The position numbers and the translations under genes are program-made. A stretch of DNA of 64,000 nucleotides from the human T2T-CHM13v2.0 reference genome, Homo sapiens: assembly GCF_009914755.1 (NCBI RefSeq), contig NC_060927.1; one strand, given 5' to 3'. Position 1 is the first letter of the stretch, and each line of letters begins with the position of its first letter. Of this stretch, positions 1 to 12,358 are shown one piece after another. A model generated the notes under the pieces. That model searched no databases. It saw only the letters and a program-made list of their open reading frames with translations, and was not told the origin of the DNA.

Positions 1-419
1 TCAGCCAGAAGCTACAAAGATTTTGTTAGCCTTCTGTCTCCAGCAGCCCTGAAACAATTTTCTCTACTTTTTTGCTGATGACCCTCCATACCTTCTTTAC
101 TAAAACCGAAGTCCAGCAGTAGTCCTGTGCATGCTGTCGATGGATGCAAACACTTCAGCAAATCTTGAGCTGTGATGAATCACCATTCATGTAGTTGTAG
201 GAGGTGTGAATTAGACCAACTGGAGAAACATTCAAAGTACAGATTCCTGGGCCTATTATAGCCTTACAGAGAGGTCATATGGGACATTCTATAAGCACAA
301 ATAAGGATTGCCCTCTGAATTATACTCTCTTGCCCTTCTTTTGCCTTCTAACATTCATTTTTCTTTTAGCATTTCATGTATCCTTGGCCTACTTTACCTC
401 TGAGTACATAAGTATGGGC

Positions 420-630
420 AAGAGAGCGGGAGCAACAACCAAACTGCCTTGGATACAATTCTTTCCATCTCTTTTGATCACGGTGTGACTTTGGATAAAT
501 CATGTTGCCTCTCTGAGCTTGCTTCATCATTGGTTAAATGGAAATAATACTTCCTACCTTATATTATTTTCATAAAAACTAAATGTGACAATACAGGTAA
601 AGTGTGGTGCCTAAAACAGTACGAATTCTA
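420..630 (+). mobile_element. MIR SINE (degenerate)
   Basis: MIR core-like tgtgactttggataaatc...ctctgagc...taaatggaaataatacttcctacc; boundaries approximate. Confidence 0.65.
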
Positions 631-669
631 TTATCGCTATGATTGTACTTTCTGTGATGCATAAGAATA

Positions 670-870
670 AAGCCAGTGCAGAAGAAGGCAGAGTTGACAG
701 GGAAGCTACTCAATCTCTGATGTCATTGTTTGAGCCTTTGAATCCAGCTGTGCCTGAAGCCTGTTCTCCTCGCTGAACTTCTCAGTTACTAGGGTTGATG
801 GATTCCTTTTTTGGTTTAAGCCAGCTGGGGTTAGATGTCTGTCAATTATAACGGAGAAGTTCTGGCATAT
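670..870 (+). mobile_element. Old MaLR LTR 3' part (MLT1J/K/L-like)
   Basis: gagcctttgaatccagctgtgcctgaagcc...ttaagccag resembles the MLT1 3' region. Confidence 0.6.
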
Positions 871-884
871 GTAGGACCAAACCT

Positions 885-1058
885 ACTCTGTGTCAGTTTC
901 ATCTGATGAATATGTTTTAAATGCAGATTCTTGATCCTACCATTAGAGATTCTGGTTTTGTTGGCTTGGAATGGGGCCCAGGAATATGTATTTTTAGGGT
1001 ACTCAAGATGCCTCAGATGTCACCAGCCTACACATCCACTTTAGGAAACTATTGCCTT
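885..1058. mobile_element. MER5-like hAT-Charlie MITE
   Basis: aaatgcagattct...agagattctg...tggggcccaggaat...gtatttt...cactttaggaaactattg. Confidence 0.7.
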
Positions 1059-1211
1059 AAATTAGGAGTCTTTTTATTTGGCAGTCCCTTCAGGACTTTG
1101 TAAGGTACCTTGTAAATAAAAGGACCATTAGCCTATTACATATTTGTTGAATTGAACACACATTTCAAGAATATGAGCAATGAGACTGCCCAAATTCCTT
1201 TTCCTTTCAAA

Positions 1212-1405
1212 GTTTATTTTTAATAGACAAATAACAGTTGTATAACTTTATGGGTTACAATGTGATGTTTCGATACGTGTATTCATTGTGGAATGACCAA
1301 AGTAGCCTAATTAGCATATTCATCACCTCAAATATTTATTTTTTCTTTGTTGAGAACATTCAAAATTATTATTATTATTTTTTAGCTATTTGGAACTACA
1401 CAATA
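1212..1405 (-). mobile_element. L1MA-type 3' end fragment
   Basis: tgtataactttatgggttacaatgtgatgtttcgatac...attagcatattcatcacctcaaat matches the reverse of an L1MA 3' UTR. Confidence 0.75.
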
Positions 1406-2799
1406 ATTATTCTTGACAGGAGGATTACATGAAGTTGGCAGGACAGCCAAAAAGAATCAGATTATCTCCAGAAATTTCTACGTACCTTTGGGTATGATTG
1501 CATCTTGCAGTAGCTACCTTGAATTAATGTAGTACAAGTTTTAAATGCCATTTAGTTTTCTCTTTCTAGCTTTAAAGTTTTTGTTATGACTCGTTCATCC
1601 TATGAGCCTGGACCTGTTTCCTGACATAATTGAATTCTGCACTTTATTGTTTGTTTCAAATTAAGACCTCTTTGCTACATATAAAGATTTCATGTTAGGG
1701 TTGCCCTTTATGATAAATTTTATTCCCACTGAATGATTGTTTAATAAAAATTTCAGTCTCATTCCAACCACATCAAGGGGTTCCCAGGGACCAGTTTCAT
1801 ATACTCAGGATCCTGATAAATGGAGTGGGAATCCTCTTTATTAAAGACAGGCTGTAAAAGGTGCTATTGATGAAAGTATTAACAGCATATGCTATCAAAA
1901 TGGGACAAAAATCAGAGTCCACTTGGAATAGAACTTTGCTTCATTTATTTGATGCTCACTTGGGTGATTTCATGCTCTTGGCCCCACAAATATTACAATT
2001 GCTCCCTCTGAAGGCCTATCTGGATGTATTTTTAAAGGTTATTGACTGAAGCTGAGAACGTGACCACAGAATATTTATTCTAAAGACTTTCTGTGGAAAC
2101 CACTCATCATCTGCACTGAGAGGGAGGCAGTTTGGATGTGAGTTTGGAAAGATTGTTTTTAAAAGCAGCGATACATTTGGTGGTTTGAATTACAAAGCTG
2201 AAGGAGGCCAAGGATAACTAAACATCATGATAAAACCTGTAGACCCATCTTTTTATGTGGAACACAGGCAACCATAACATCAGAGCCATGGATTCTTCTA
2301 GTAGAAGACATGCTAAGAATCTCCAGCAGGAAGAAAAATATCCCATTCCTCTTGATACACTGACATTGATAAAATGACATTTTCAGATGGACGAAAACTT
2401 TGGCTTTATATAGCCCAGATTTCTTAGCGTTGATTTCATGGATCTATTGTGGGGAGGGGTAGTCAGGGGTTGAGGTTTATAGCTTCATTGGAAACCATAA
2501 AATATGTAAATAAGATTGCATGCTGGTGTGTATATGAAATTTTATTGTGCAGATGTACCCGAGAAAGACAAAGAACGATCAGTTTTCTCCCATGGACTCA
2601 TTTTACAGACGGAAGTACTAAGGACCAGGCTGACATCTCCAATGTCCCACAGCAAGTAACTGACAGGACTGGCTCTAAATCTTTCAATTATGGCTGATAA
2701 ATGGGAGCCTGCTTGTGAACTTGAGGCAGAGGGTCAGGGGCTATAAATTGAAAACCCTGAAGTGAAATTAACCTGCAGTTCAGTTTTGTTTTATTTGTA

Positions 2800-3010
2800 C
2801 AATTTTTTATCCATTGGGAAAAGTCACACAAATATCCAAATTCTTCTGAAAAATTGCAAGATTTAGCAACAGGGAGCCCACATTTCCTTGGCATGTGCTC
2901 ACCAGTTTGACCCAGTCCCTTCCCCTTTCTATTATCATGTGCTCAGCTGCTTTCCTTAGTTACCTGCCCTACCCGATCCCTGTAGCACTTGAGTTTATGA
3001 TTCTGGGTGT
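2800..3010. mobile_element. MER102-like hAT-Charlie element
   Basis: ccagtttgacc...ttacctgccc...cctgtagcacttgagtttatga; opposite orientation to the copy at 53746. Confidence 0.55.
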
Positions 3011-3072
3011 AGAGAATTCTAATACCTGCTGGGTCTCTTGGGGGGTTTAAAAAGCTCCTTTGGGTCTGGTTC

Positions 3073-3830
3073 TGTGTCAGTCAGGGTAGACTAGTTTTGT
3101 TTGTAGTTTATATTAAAAATACCCTTGATATTGTCTGGCTTTGTGTTTCCACCCAAATCTCATCTTGAATTGTGATCCCCACGTGCCAAGGGAGGGAACC
3201 GTAATCCCCACGTCGTTGGAGGGAGTTGATTAGATCATGGGGGCAGTTTCCGCCATGCTGTTCTCCTGATAATGAGTTCTCATGAGATCTGATAATTTTA
3301 TAAGGCAATTTTCCCTGCTCTTGCTGGCTCTTCTCTCTCCTGCTGCCATGTGAAGAAGGTCCTTGCTTCCCCTTCACCTTCCGCCATGACTGGTAGTTTC
3401 CTGAGGCCTCCCCAGCCATGTGGAACTCTGAGTCAATTAAACCTCTTTTCTTTATAAATTACCCAGTCTGAGGTGTTTCTTTATAGCAGTGTGAGAACAG
3501 ACCGATACAACCCCCAAATCACAATGGCTTAAAATAACAGACATTTAATTCTTGCTCATGAAACATGCCATCAGGATTGCTATGATAGTCATTTAGGGAT
3601 CCAGACTGATGGAGCAGCTGCCATCTCAAATGCTGCTGGTAAGAGCTCTGGATGGTGTCAAATTGACAATTAAATGCTTCAGCCCAAAAGTGACACATGT
3701 TGCATGTGCTCATAGCTCATTGGTCACTACCAGTCACATGGCCTCATCCAACCTTAAGGGCTTGGAGGTGTGATCCTATTGTGTGTGCAGAAGGCGGAGG
3801 CTGAGGAATACTTAGTGAGAACTACTGATT
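3073..3830 (-). mobile_element. Old MLT1 (K/L/J-like) LTR split by a THE1D LTR at 3126-3509
   Basis: tgtgtcagtcagg start; resumes after the THE1 with ccccaaatc..aatggcttaaa..aacagacatttaattcttgctca and agtcacatggcc. Confidence 0.65.
3126..3509 (+). mobile_element. THE1D-like solo LTR (ERVL-MaLR)
   Basis: tgata...cccaaatctcatcttgaattgt start and ...ataca end; 5-bp TSD accct (3121-3125) / acccc (3510-3514). Confidence 0.9.
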
Positions 3831-3964
3831 CCTTTTGCGAGCCTTGTGGAAACTGAGTGGTGGAACGTAATTCCTGCACGTGTGAGATTGCCTTGGGTCA
3901 CCTGTGAACACCTTATCTACAATAATAAAGCACTCTGTGTGTGAGGAACATGGAGCGAAGTCTG

Positions 3965-4520
3965 TGTGAAGTTCAAGATGTTCTGTGGAGATAGAAGCCT
4001 GCCATCTGGCCTGGATTCGCATCCCAGATTTCTCACTGTGTGGTACTGGGAAAATGCTCTGTATATTTGAGTATCAGTTTTCTCATCTATAACTTAGAGT
4101 ACTAATATCATCTGTCATTGTTAGCATAGCAGCCTAAACTGACTAAGTACTATAAGCTATAGATGACAGAAACCTCTCACAGCTGTGGAGGTTGGAAGCC
4201 TGTGATCAGAGTGCCAGCATGATTGAGTTCTAGTGAGGGCCCTCTTCCGGGTTACAGACTGCCAACTTCTCATTGTATTCCTCTATTTCAGAAAGAGGGT
4301 CAAAAAGCTCCCTGGGGTCTCTCTTACAAGGGAACTAATCTCAGTCATGAAGGCCCCACCCTCGTGACCTCATTATCTCCCAAAGGCTCCATCTCCTAAT
4401 ACCATCTCGTGGAGACTAGAGTCTCAACATATGAATTTGGAGGAGACACAGACATTCAGTAAATTACACCATCTTCTGAGTTTTTAGAGATAATTACATT
4501 AAATGAATTCAGAGAGTAGG
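3965..4520 (+). mobile_element. MIR split by an MLT1A LTR
   Basis: tcagttttctcatctataa core before 4113; MIR-like 3' part resumes after 4468. Confidence 0.55.
4113..4468 (-). mobile_element. MLT1A/MLT1A0 solo LTR
   Basis: gtgagggccctcttcc...ctaataccatc...caacatatgaatttgg...acattcag; TSD tcatc/ccatc. Confidence 0.85.
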
Positions 4521-4579
4521 TATAAAGCCCAATATTGTATCTCTAGCAGTGGTAGTTGCTATTTTTGAGGGTGCTACAT

Positions 4580-4772
4580 TGTAGTGGCTATAAAATGGGT
4601 TTACATGTAGCTATAAGACTTTGGGAAAGTCATCAAACTTCTCTGTGCCTTAACTTACTGATCTTAAAAATGAACAGTCACTATGCCTGTGCCTTAAAAT
4701 CATTATGATGATTCAATGAGGTTTTGTATGAAAAGCACCCCACAAAAATCAAGCACTTGATAAATATGGCAT
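4580..4772 (+). mobile_element. MIR
   Basis: gactttgggaaagtcatcaaacttctctgtgcct...aaaaatg core. Confidence 0.6.
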
Positions 4773-5555
4773 ACTAGTATTTTAAAAATATGATGTGGAT
4801 TAGTATGCAGATACACAAATTCTTTCATTTCTTTTAAAAAAATTTAAAAAATACCACTAACAATTCTAGCCCAAAGAAGTCTAAAAAGCTCTCTGGGGTC
4901 CCTTTTATAAAGATACTAATCCCATTGATCTCATTAGTCTCATCAACTCTGCTAACCAATATTACTATAATTTTATTGGAGCCTGTTTCTGTCTTAAAAT
5001 GTTTTTACTTTATAACCTTCTTAGGTATAAGACTCTGTTGTCGGGACTACAGGCCTTCTGGGTGTTTTCTGATGAGGACAAACTCTATTCTGAGAATTGG
5101 GCAGCTCTGCTGGTCTTTGACCCACGTGGTACATTTGTGCAGCAGTCAGAAATTTATAACACAATTCAGGGAGCTGCTGCCAGTACTCATCAGTGCCAAG
5201 CTGCTTAGGCAAAAACGTGGGGAACATTTTGTCTTATCTACTCAACTCCTTCCCTAAGAACCCAATGAACAAATTGACCCTAGGGAATCAAGCAATCAAG
5301 CAGACTACTATTGCCACAGATCCTCTTGTGAGTATCCCAGACAAGCATAAGAGAAATAGAAGGTATTAGAGGCCAAAAGAAAAAAAAAATCAAGAAATAC
5401 AGAAAAGGGTGGTTGTCTGTACCTGATACTTGAATCTCAGTTCTCCAAATATCAAAGTCTTTAAGAAAGACACCAAAGGGCAAGCAAGCACACTTTTTGG
5501 AAGACTACCAAGAGCTTTATTATTTTAATTCTCCTGACGCTACTCTGCGAGATAG

Positions 5556-6005
<450 letters not shown>

Positions 6006-6006
6006 T

Positions 6007-8288
6007 TGACATGGTTTGGCTGTGTTCCCATTGAAATTTCAACTTGAAATGTATCTCCCAGAATTTTCATGTGTTGTGGCAGGGACCTAGGAGGAGGTAA
6101 TTGAATCATGGGGGCTGCCTTTCCTGTGCTATTCTTGTAATAGTGAATACGTCTCACGAGATCCGATGGGTTTATCAGGAGTTTCTGCCTTTGCTTCTTC
6201 CTCATTCTCTCTTGCTGCCACCATATAAGAAGTGTCTTTCACCTCTCGCCATGATTCTGAGGCCTCCCCAGCCATGCAGAACTGTAAGTCCAATTAAACT
6301 TCTTTTTCTTCCCAGTCTTGGGTATGTTTTTATTAGCAGCATGAAAATGAACTAGTACAGTAAATTGGTACCAGTAGAGTGGGGCATTGCTGAAAAGATA
6401 CCCGAAAATGTAGAAGTGACTTCAGAACTGGGTAACAGGCAGAGGCTGGAACAGTTTGGAGGGCTCAGGAGAAGACAGGAAAATGTGGGAAAGTTTGGAG
6501 CTTCCTAGAGACTTGTTGAATGGCTTTACCCAAAATGCTGATAGTGGTATGGACAATAAGGTCCAGGCTGAGGTGACCTCAGATGGAGATGAGGAACTTA
6601 TTGGGAACTGGAGTAAAGGTGACTCTTCTTATGTTTCAGCAAAGAGACTGGAGACATTTTGCTCCTGCCCTAGGGATTTGTGGAACTTTGAACTTGAGAA
6701 AGATGATTTAGGGTATCTGGCAGAAGAAATTTCTAAACAGCAAAGCATTCAAGAGGTAACTTGGGTTCTTTTAAAGGCATTCAGTTTTATAAGGGAAGCA
6801 GAGCATAAAAGTTTGAAAAATTTGCAGCCTGACTATATGATAGAAAAGAAAAACCCATTTTTTTCTGGGGAGAAATTCAAGCCAATTGCAGAAATGTGCA
6901 TAAGTAGCCTGGAGCCTAATGTTAATCCCCAAGACCATGGGGAAAATGTCTCCAGGACACATCAGAGACCTTCATGGCAGCAGCTCCCATCACAGGTCCA
7001 GAGGCCCAGGAGGAAAAACTGGCTTCGTGGGCTGGGCCCAGGGCCCAGTGCTGTGTGTAGCCTAGGGAGTTGGTGCCCTGTGTCTCAGTTCCTCCAGCCA
7101 TGGCTGAAAGGGGCCAATGTACAGCTCGGGCTGTGGCTTCAGAGGGTGGAAACCCCAAGCCTTGGCAGCTTCCATATGGTGTTGAGCCTGTGGGTGCACA
7201 GAAGTCAAGAATTGAGGTTTAGGAACCTCCACCTAGATTTCAGAAGATGTATGGAAATGCCTGGATGCCCAGGCCAAAGTTTTCTGTAGGGGCAGGGCCC
7301 TCATGGAGAACCTCTGCTAGGGCAGTGTGGAAGGGAAATGTGGGGTTGGAGCCCCCACACAGAGTCTCTACTGGGGCACTGCCTAGTGGAGCTGTGAGAA
7401 GAGGGCCACCGTCCTCCAGACACCAGAATGGTAGATCCACTAACAGCTTGCAATGTGCGCCTGGAAAAGCCTCAGACGCTCAAGGCCAGACTGTGAAAGC
7501 AGCTGGTAGGGAGGCTGTATCCTGCGAAGCCACAGGGGCAGAGCTGCTCAAGAATATGGGAACCCACCTCTTGCATCAGCATGTCCTGGATGTGAGACCT
7601 GGAGTCAAAGATCATTTTGGAGCTTTAAAATTTGGCCACCTCACTGGATTTTGGACTTGCATGGGCCCTGTAACCCCTGTTTTGGCAATTTTCTCCCATT
7701 TGGAATGGTTATATTTACCCAATACTTGTACCCCCATTATATCTAGGAAGTAAGTAGCTTGCTTTTGATTTTACAGGCTCATAGGCAGAAGAGACTTGCA
7801 TTGTCTCAGATGAGACTTTGGACTGCGGACTTTTGGGTTAATGCTGAAATGAGTTAAGACTTTGGGGGACTGTTGGGAAGGCATGATTGGTTTTGAAATG
7901 TGAGGACATGAGATTTGGAGGGGCCGGGGCAGAGTGATATGGTTTGGCTGTGTCCCCATTCAAATCTCAACTTGAATTGTATCTCCCAGAATTCTCACAT
8001 GTTGTGGGAGGGACCCAGGGGGACGTAAGTGAATCATGAGGGCCAGTCTTTCCTATGCTATTCTCATGATAGTGAATAAGTCTCACGAGATCTGATGGGT
8101 TTATCAGGAGTTTCCACTTTTGCTTCTTCCTCATTCTCTCTTGGTGCCACCATGTAAGAAGTGCCTTTCACTTCCTGCCATGATTCTGAAGTCCCCCCAG
8201 CCATGTGGAACTGTAAGTCCAATTAAACCTCTTTTTCTTCCCAGTTTCAGGTATATCTTTATCAGCAACATGAAAATGGACTAATACA
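6007..8288 (+). mobile_element. Complete THE1A provirus: 5' LTR 6007-6359, internal region 6360-7934, 3' LTR 7935-8288
   Basis: Two ~354-bp direct LTRs (tg...ca) with THE1A-type tgtatctcccagaatt and tctttttcttcccagt; internal start gtaaattggtacc; purine tract before the 3' LTR; TSD catgt (6002-6006) / cgtgt (8289-8293). Confidence 0.95.
6456..7753 (+). pseudogene. Disrupted MaLR internal (gag-derived) ORF of THE1A-int
   Basis: ORFs 6456-7289 (EGSGEDRKMWESLELPRDLLNGF...) and 7247-7753 (MYGNAWMPR...GALPSGAVRRGPP) match the THE1-int ORF as recalled; frameshift and stop near 7045-7060. Confidence 0.85.
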
Positions 8289-8529
8289 CGTGTAATTTCT
8301 CCTGGCAGGGGAAATGTTAGCTCCAAAAATGTCAGCTTTAGAGTCCCCTCAAAATGTGGCCTAGAGAGGTTAATACATTTCTCAGAGAGATAAAATAATC
8401 AGCTGAAGATTTCAGGGCTGGTAAGTTGGCGTACTAGCTCAAAAGCCCACATTCTCTTCCTGGTTCCTGGTTCCATACAGCTGTTCAAATCAGGTTGGGC
8501 TGGGTGCATACAGTGGCTCCTTAGACTCC

Positions 8530-8875
8530 TTCAGGTTTCCCCAATCACTGGGAATTTTAGGGACTCATTCAGGAATTTCCCCAACGTGCTTTAGAGCAAA
8601 AAGATAAACGCCAAGCCTAGCCAGTTTCTGCCGGCTTTGGAATAAAGAGCTGTGGTGAAAGGCTGCATTCTAATCTCCCACATGGGGGCTGTGCCATACT
8701 GTTCCTACGCACCGAGTGGATTTGCATTTTGAACGAATCTGCTGGCCAAAGATCACTTTAATTTTTCATCTGCCTTTTGCGGGCAACTTTCCACTCTCCT
8801 GTGCTGACTGAAACGAAGTATGACACCAGTCTTGCCCAGGCAAGCTGCTTCTTGTGAATAGGAAGTGAACAACCC
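8530..8875. promoter_or_regulatory. Candidate immune-type enhancer (motif cluster)
   Basis: kB site GGAATTTCCC 8572-8581 (reverse GGGAAATTCC), octamer ATTTGCAT 8720-8727, kB-like GGGCAACTTTCC 8781-8792, IRF-like GAAACGAAGT 8810-8819, ETS/EICE-like AGGAAGTGAAC 8860-8870; motifs only. Confidence 0.35.
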
Positions 8876-9881
8876 TGGATTCCAGGCCAGGGGGAGAGAG
8901 GTGAGAGGTGAGGTCAGCACATCTGGTTTCTGCCCTCAGACTTCTTTACAGATGAGGGAAAGGTGCGTGCTTTAAAAGGACAGTTAAGCGGGCCCCAACA
9001 GAGCCCAAGAGATCTCGGCTGTCCCCTACCTGGGGGATGTCAGGCTTCTTCAGCATCAAGCTGGAAGAGGCTCCCAGGACTGGTGTGGAAGGACAGAGCA
9101 GTTTTCCCATGTGATGGGGAACTTGTTTCAGAGGTGTCAAGAGATCCACACTAAACCTGGTGCTGTAAACTCTAGCTGGTTCTCAACTGAAGTTTTTGGG
9201 GGATGGGGAAGAAGGGTGATTTCTAGGATAGAGGAAATATGCTGTTGGTTGAATATAGGATTGTACTTCTCTGGATATGTCTTGGAAAATTTCCTTAGGT
9301 TTTGGAAGCCTCAGAACCCTCCAGAGTTTCAATTTCAGAGGCTAAGACTTAGAGGGTCCCAACAAGAAATATAAACAGTACGGTCTGCTGGTGATAAAAA
9401 CAATGGCGGTAGTGAGGAGAGGAGGATATTGAGGGAAATGTTTCTTCTTGGCTCATGATAGTTCCTTTCTGTGAAAGGGTGCAATTGACAGAAACAGTGG
9501 GGGCTTCACCTGTGGCATCACTGTCTCTACCCTAGCAAGGAGGAGGGACTTATCTGGTTGGAAAATTTCAGAAGAAAAACTAGCTCCTCCTTTTTGTCCT
9601 CTCAGATATGAACTCATCAGCAGAAATGTGAGTTCTTCCCAGCTTCTCCGTGCTGTAAGTCTTATGTGGCACCACTGCCTGGGTTGGTTGTGTTAACCTA
9701 CCTGCCAGAGGGTGGCGGGTGGGAGTATCTGAAGCCATTGAATCCTGCAAATACAAACCACAGCTTCCATCCTAGTCTTTATCTGTCATACAGGTTAGAG
9801 TTGCACTTTCCAATCTGCAACTCTTATGTCTTGTTTCTCTGTGAAGAATGCGGGTGTGGATGGGCATATTTATTGTGTCCC

Positions 9882-10318
9882 TGTGATAATTTTATGTGTC
9901 AACTTGGTGAGGGTATGGCACCTAGTTGTTTCATCAAATGCCAGTCTACATGTTGCTATGAAAATATTTTAGATGTGATTAACATTTAAATCAGTTGACT
10001 TTAAGTAGAGCATATTTGTGTCCACAATGTGGGTGGGCCTCATTCAATCAGTTGAAAGCTTTCAGAGCAAAGACTGAGATTTCCCAAGAAAGCAGCAATT
10101 CTGACTCAAGACTGCAACATACAAACCCTGCCCGAGTTGCCAGCCTACAGACTCAAGACTGCAACACCAACACAACTGAATTTCCAGCCTGCTAGCTTGC
10201 CCTACGGATGTAGACTGGTTAGCCCCCACAGTTGCATAAACTAATTCCTTGAACTAAGTCTCTCTCTCATATATGTCTCCTAATGGTTCTGTTTCTCAGA
10301 AGAACTCTGGCTTATACA
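9882..10318 (+). mobile_element. MLT2D-like solo LTR (ERVL)
   Basis: tgtgataattttatgtgtcaacttg start, gggtgggcctcattcaatcagttgaa, ...tataca end; perfect TSD gtccc at 9877-9881 and 10319-10323. Confidence 0.9.
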
Positions 10319-10359
10319 GTCCCTCATGATCCCAGCACATAATGACTAATAACCGTGGC

Positions 10360-10565
10360 TGATATCATTGAGTCCTCATTTACTCCTCACAATTACTTAC
10401 AAGGTAGGCAATAGCATTCCTTCCATTTTAAAGATGGGGGAACTTAGATGTGAAACAGTTAAGTAACTTGCTCAATGCTGTGAAACAAGTGGAGATGCAG
10501 CATTTGAATTCAAATTTTCCTGAAACCATAACTGATGTGTTTAACTATTATACCACACAGCCTCC
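10360..10565 (-). mobile_element. MIR
   Basis: cattttaaagatgggggaact...gttaagtaacttgctcaa...atttgaattc. Confidence 0.7.
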
Positions 10566-11619
10566 AAACCAGAAAAGGAAGTCCTACTCAAAGTTATGAT
10601 ATAGTGCATAGTTAAGTGCATAGAAAGTCTTTGTCTGTTAGTCTTATGCTGAGTGTCTATATTTTGAGTGCCTCTCTGTTTCAGTGCTGGATGAAATAAT
10701 TACATGTTAAAGCTGATAGTAATAACCCAATGGTTACTTCTCTGGCCAGCCTCATTGGTGCTTCAGCGCTTAGCTTGGGATGTGATCTATGGTTCTGAGT
10801 GTCCTTTTTGTATTTGTTACTCTAATATTTAGCATAATCAACAACTCCCAATGATGGCTATAGGGAGCACACATACAGCAAGGATAGTGGCATGAAGAAA
10901 TAAAAGAATCATCACTGATAAAATTCACCTTTGAGGATTTATTCATACATTAATCTATCTCTTCATGCATTTATCTGATAGTCAACCAGAAAGGTTTATT
11001 GAGAAGTTATTCTGTGCATGTATTTTTATTTCATTCATTCATTTAATCAGAAATGAAATTCTTATTACATACTCTGCCTTGCTAGGTGGATTCTCCCAAA
11101 TTCACCCTCATTTTCACACCCTGCCTTCAACTTCTCTCCCGCCTACCTCTTGGAAATGTACCTAACTTGTTTCTATTCCTTCAGAGCCCTGCTCTATATT
11201 TTCCATGACGATATTTAATTTGATAAACTAATACAGAGAAATGGATTAATGGAACTGAATGGCATAACGGTTAACACATACTCACTGTAAGTGAGATTTC
11301 CTAAAAGCACATCATCTTGATGCAGAAGCAATAACTTTTATGATGGATGCTTTAGGCAATATATTATGGGTAGTTTTGGTCTGATGAGGCTTCCCGGTGA
11401 CATGTTGAGGGTAGCACTACCATTTTGTGAGAAGCCAGCAATGTGTCCTCTTGCATGACATTTTACTTGTTCATAGGATGGTTTTGCCATAAAATAAAAA
11501 GAACCAAATAAGCATTTGCATTAAGCAACTATTTATGTAAGATAAGGACAATGATCGAAAGAGGCCAACAGACTTCAAAGTGTCTCCTCTCTGGTTTCAT
11601 AAAAATATTACTTTACTCG

Positions 11620-12105
11620 TGTGACAGAGACTGAAGCTGCCTAATCAATAGCCATATTCCTGAACCAACATTTTGGTTAGGATGTAATTCCCACCAATAT
11701 TTTGGCTAGGATGTCTAGCTAAAATACTACATTTTCCACTCTCCATGTATATAGCTAGTAGGGTGTTTCTTTTAGGAAGGTTCTACAAATAATGCTGACT
11801 CAGCTAAGAGGTGTTTGCCTTTTGTTTTTCCCTCTTGTTCCTGCCCGGAAAGCAGACATAAAGGCTGTAGCTTCAGCAGCCATTTTGGAACATGAAGCAA
11901 CGTTAAGAATTGAAGACACATAATAGTATTGTAGAGTGTAAAGATAGGGAGAGTTTGGGTCCTTGGTGAGTAGGGAATTATTCCCTCCATATTGGACTAT
12001 CTATGTCCAGAATTCTTTGATGTAAAGAAGATATACATTTCTGCCTCATTTCAACTACTTCAATTTTTATTTCCATGTATGTGTTCTATGCACCTGAATC
12101 TAATG
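11620..12105 (+). mobile_element. MLT1J-like LTR
   Basis: aaaatactacattttcca...ttcctgcccggaaagcagac...cagcagccattttggaacatga...ttgggtccttggtga. Confidence 0.6.
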
Positions 12106-12358
12106 GCAATTAACACATCCCCCAAGTTTATCATTAAAATCTATGAACTATATTATTCCAGTGATAATGTTTCATTAATGGAGCCAGTCTGGTATCTTGA
12201 GTTTATTCACAGCTAACTGTTCTGCCTGGTTCGTGTGAATGGAAAAGAAGTTTCTGTACATTTTGAGTCACGGCTCCACGTCTCTTCTTTTGAACATGTA
12301 TCCTTCATTTTCTTTGTTGTCTTATTATTGCTACTCATGGACTGTTCAACGTACTTTT

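Noticed and set aside
3172-3225. Duplicated atccccacgt...ggag block in the THE1D LTR
   Set aside because: I recall this in other THE1D copies, so it is probably inherited from the source element.
4925-5257. Overlapping ORFs with a possible acceptor (ttcttag at ~5017-5023) suggesting an exon
   Set aside because: No recognisable protein similarity and no convincing donor site; needs RNA-seq or conservation data.
10103-10167. Repeated gactcaagactgcaaca in the MLT2D LTR
   Set aside because: Probably part of the MLT2D consensus.
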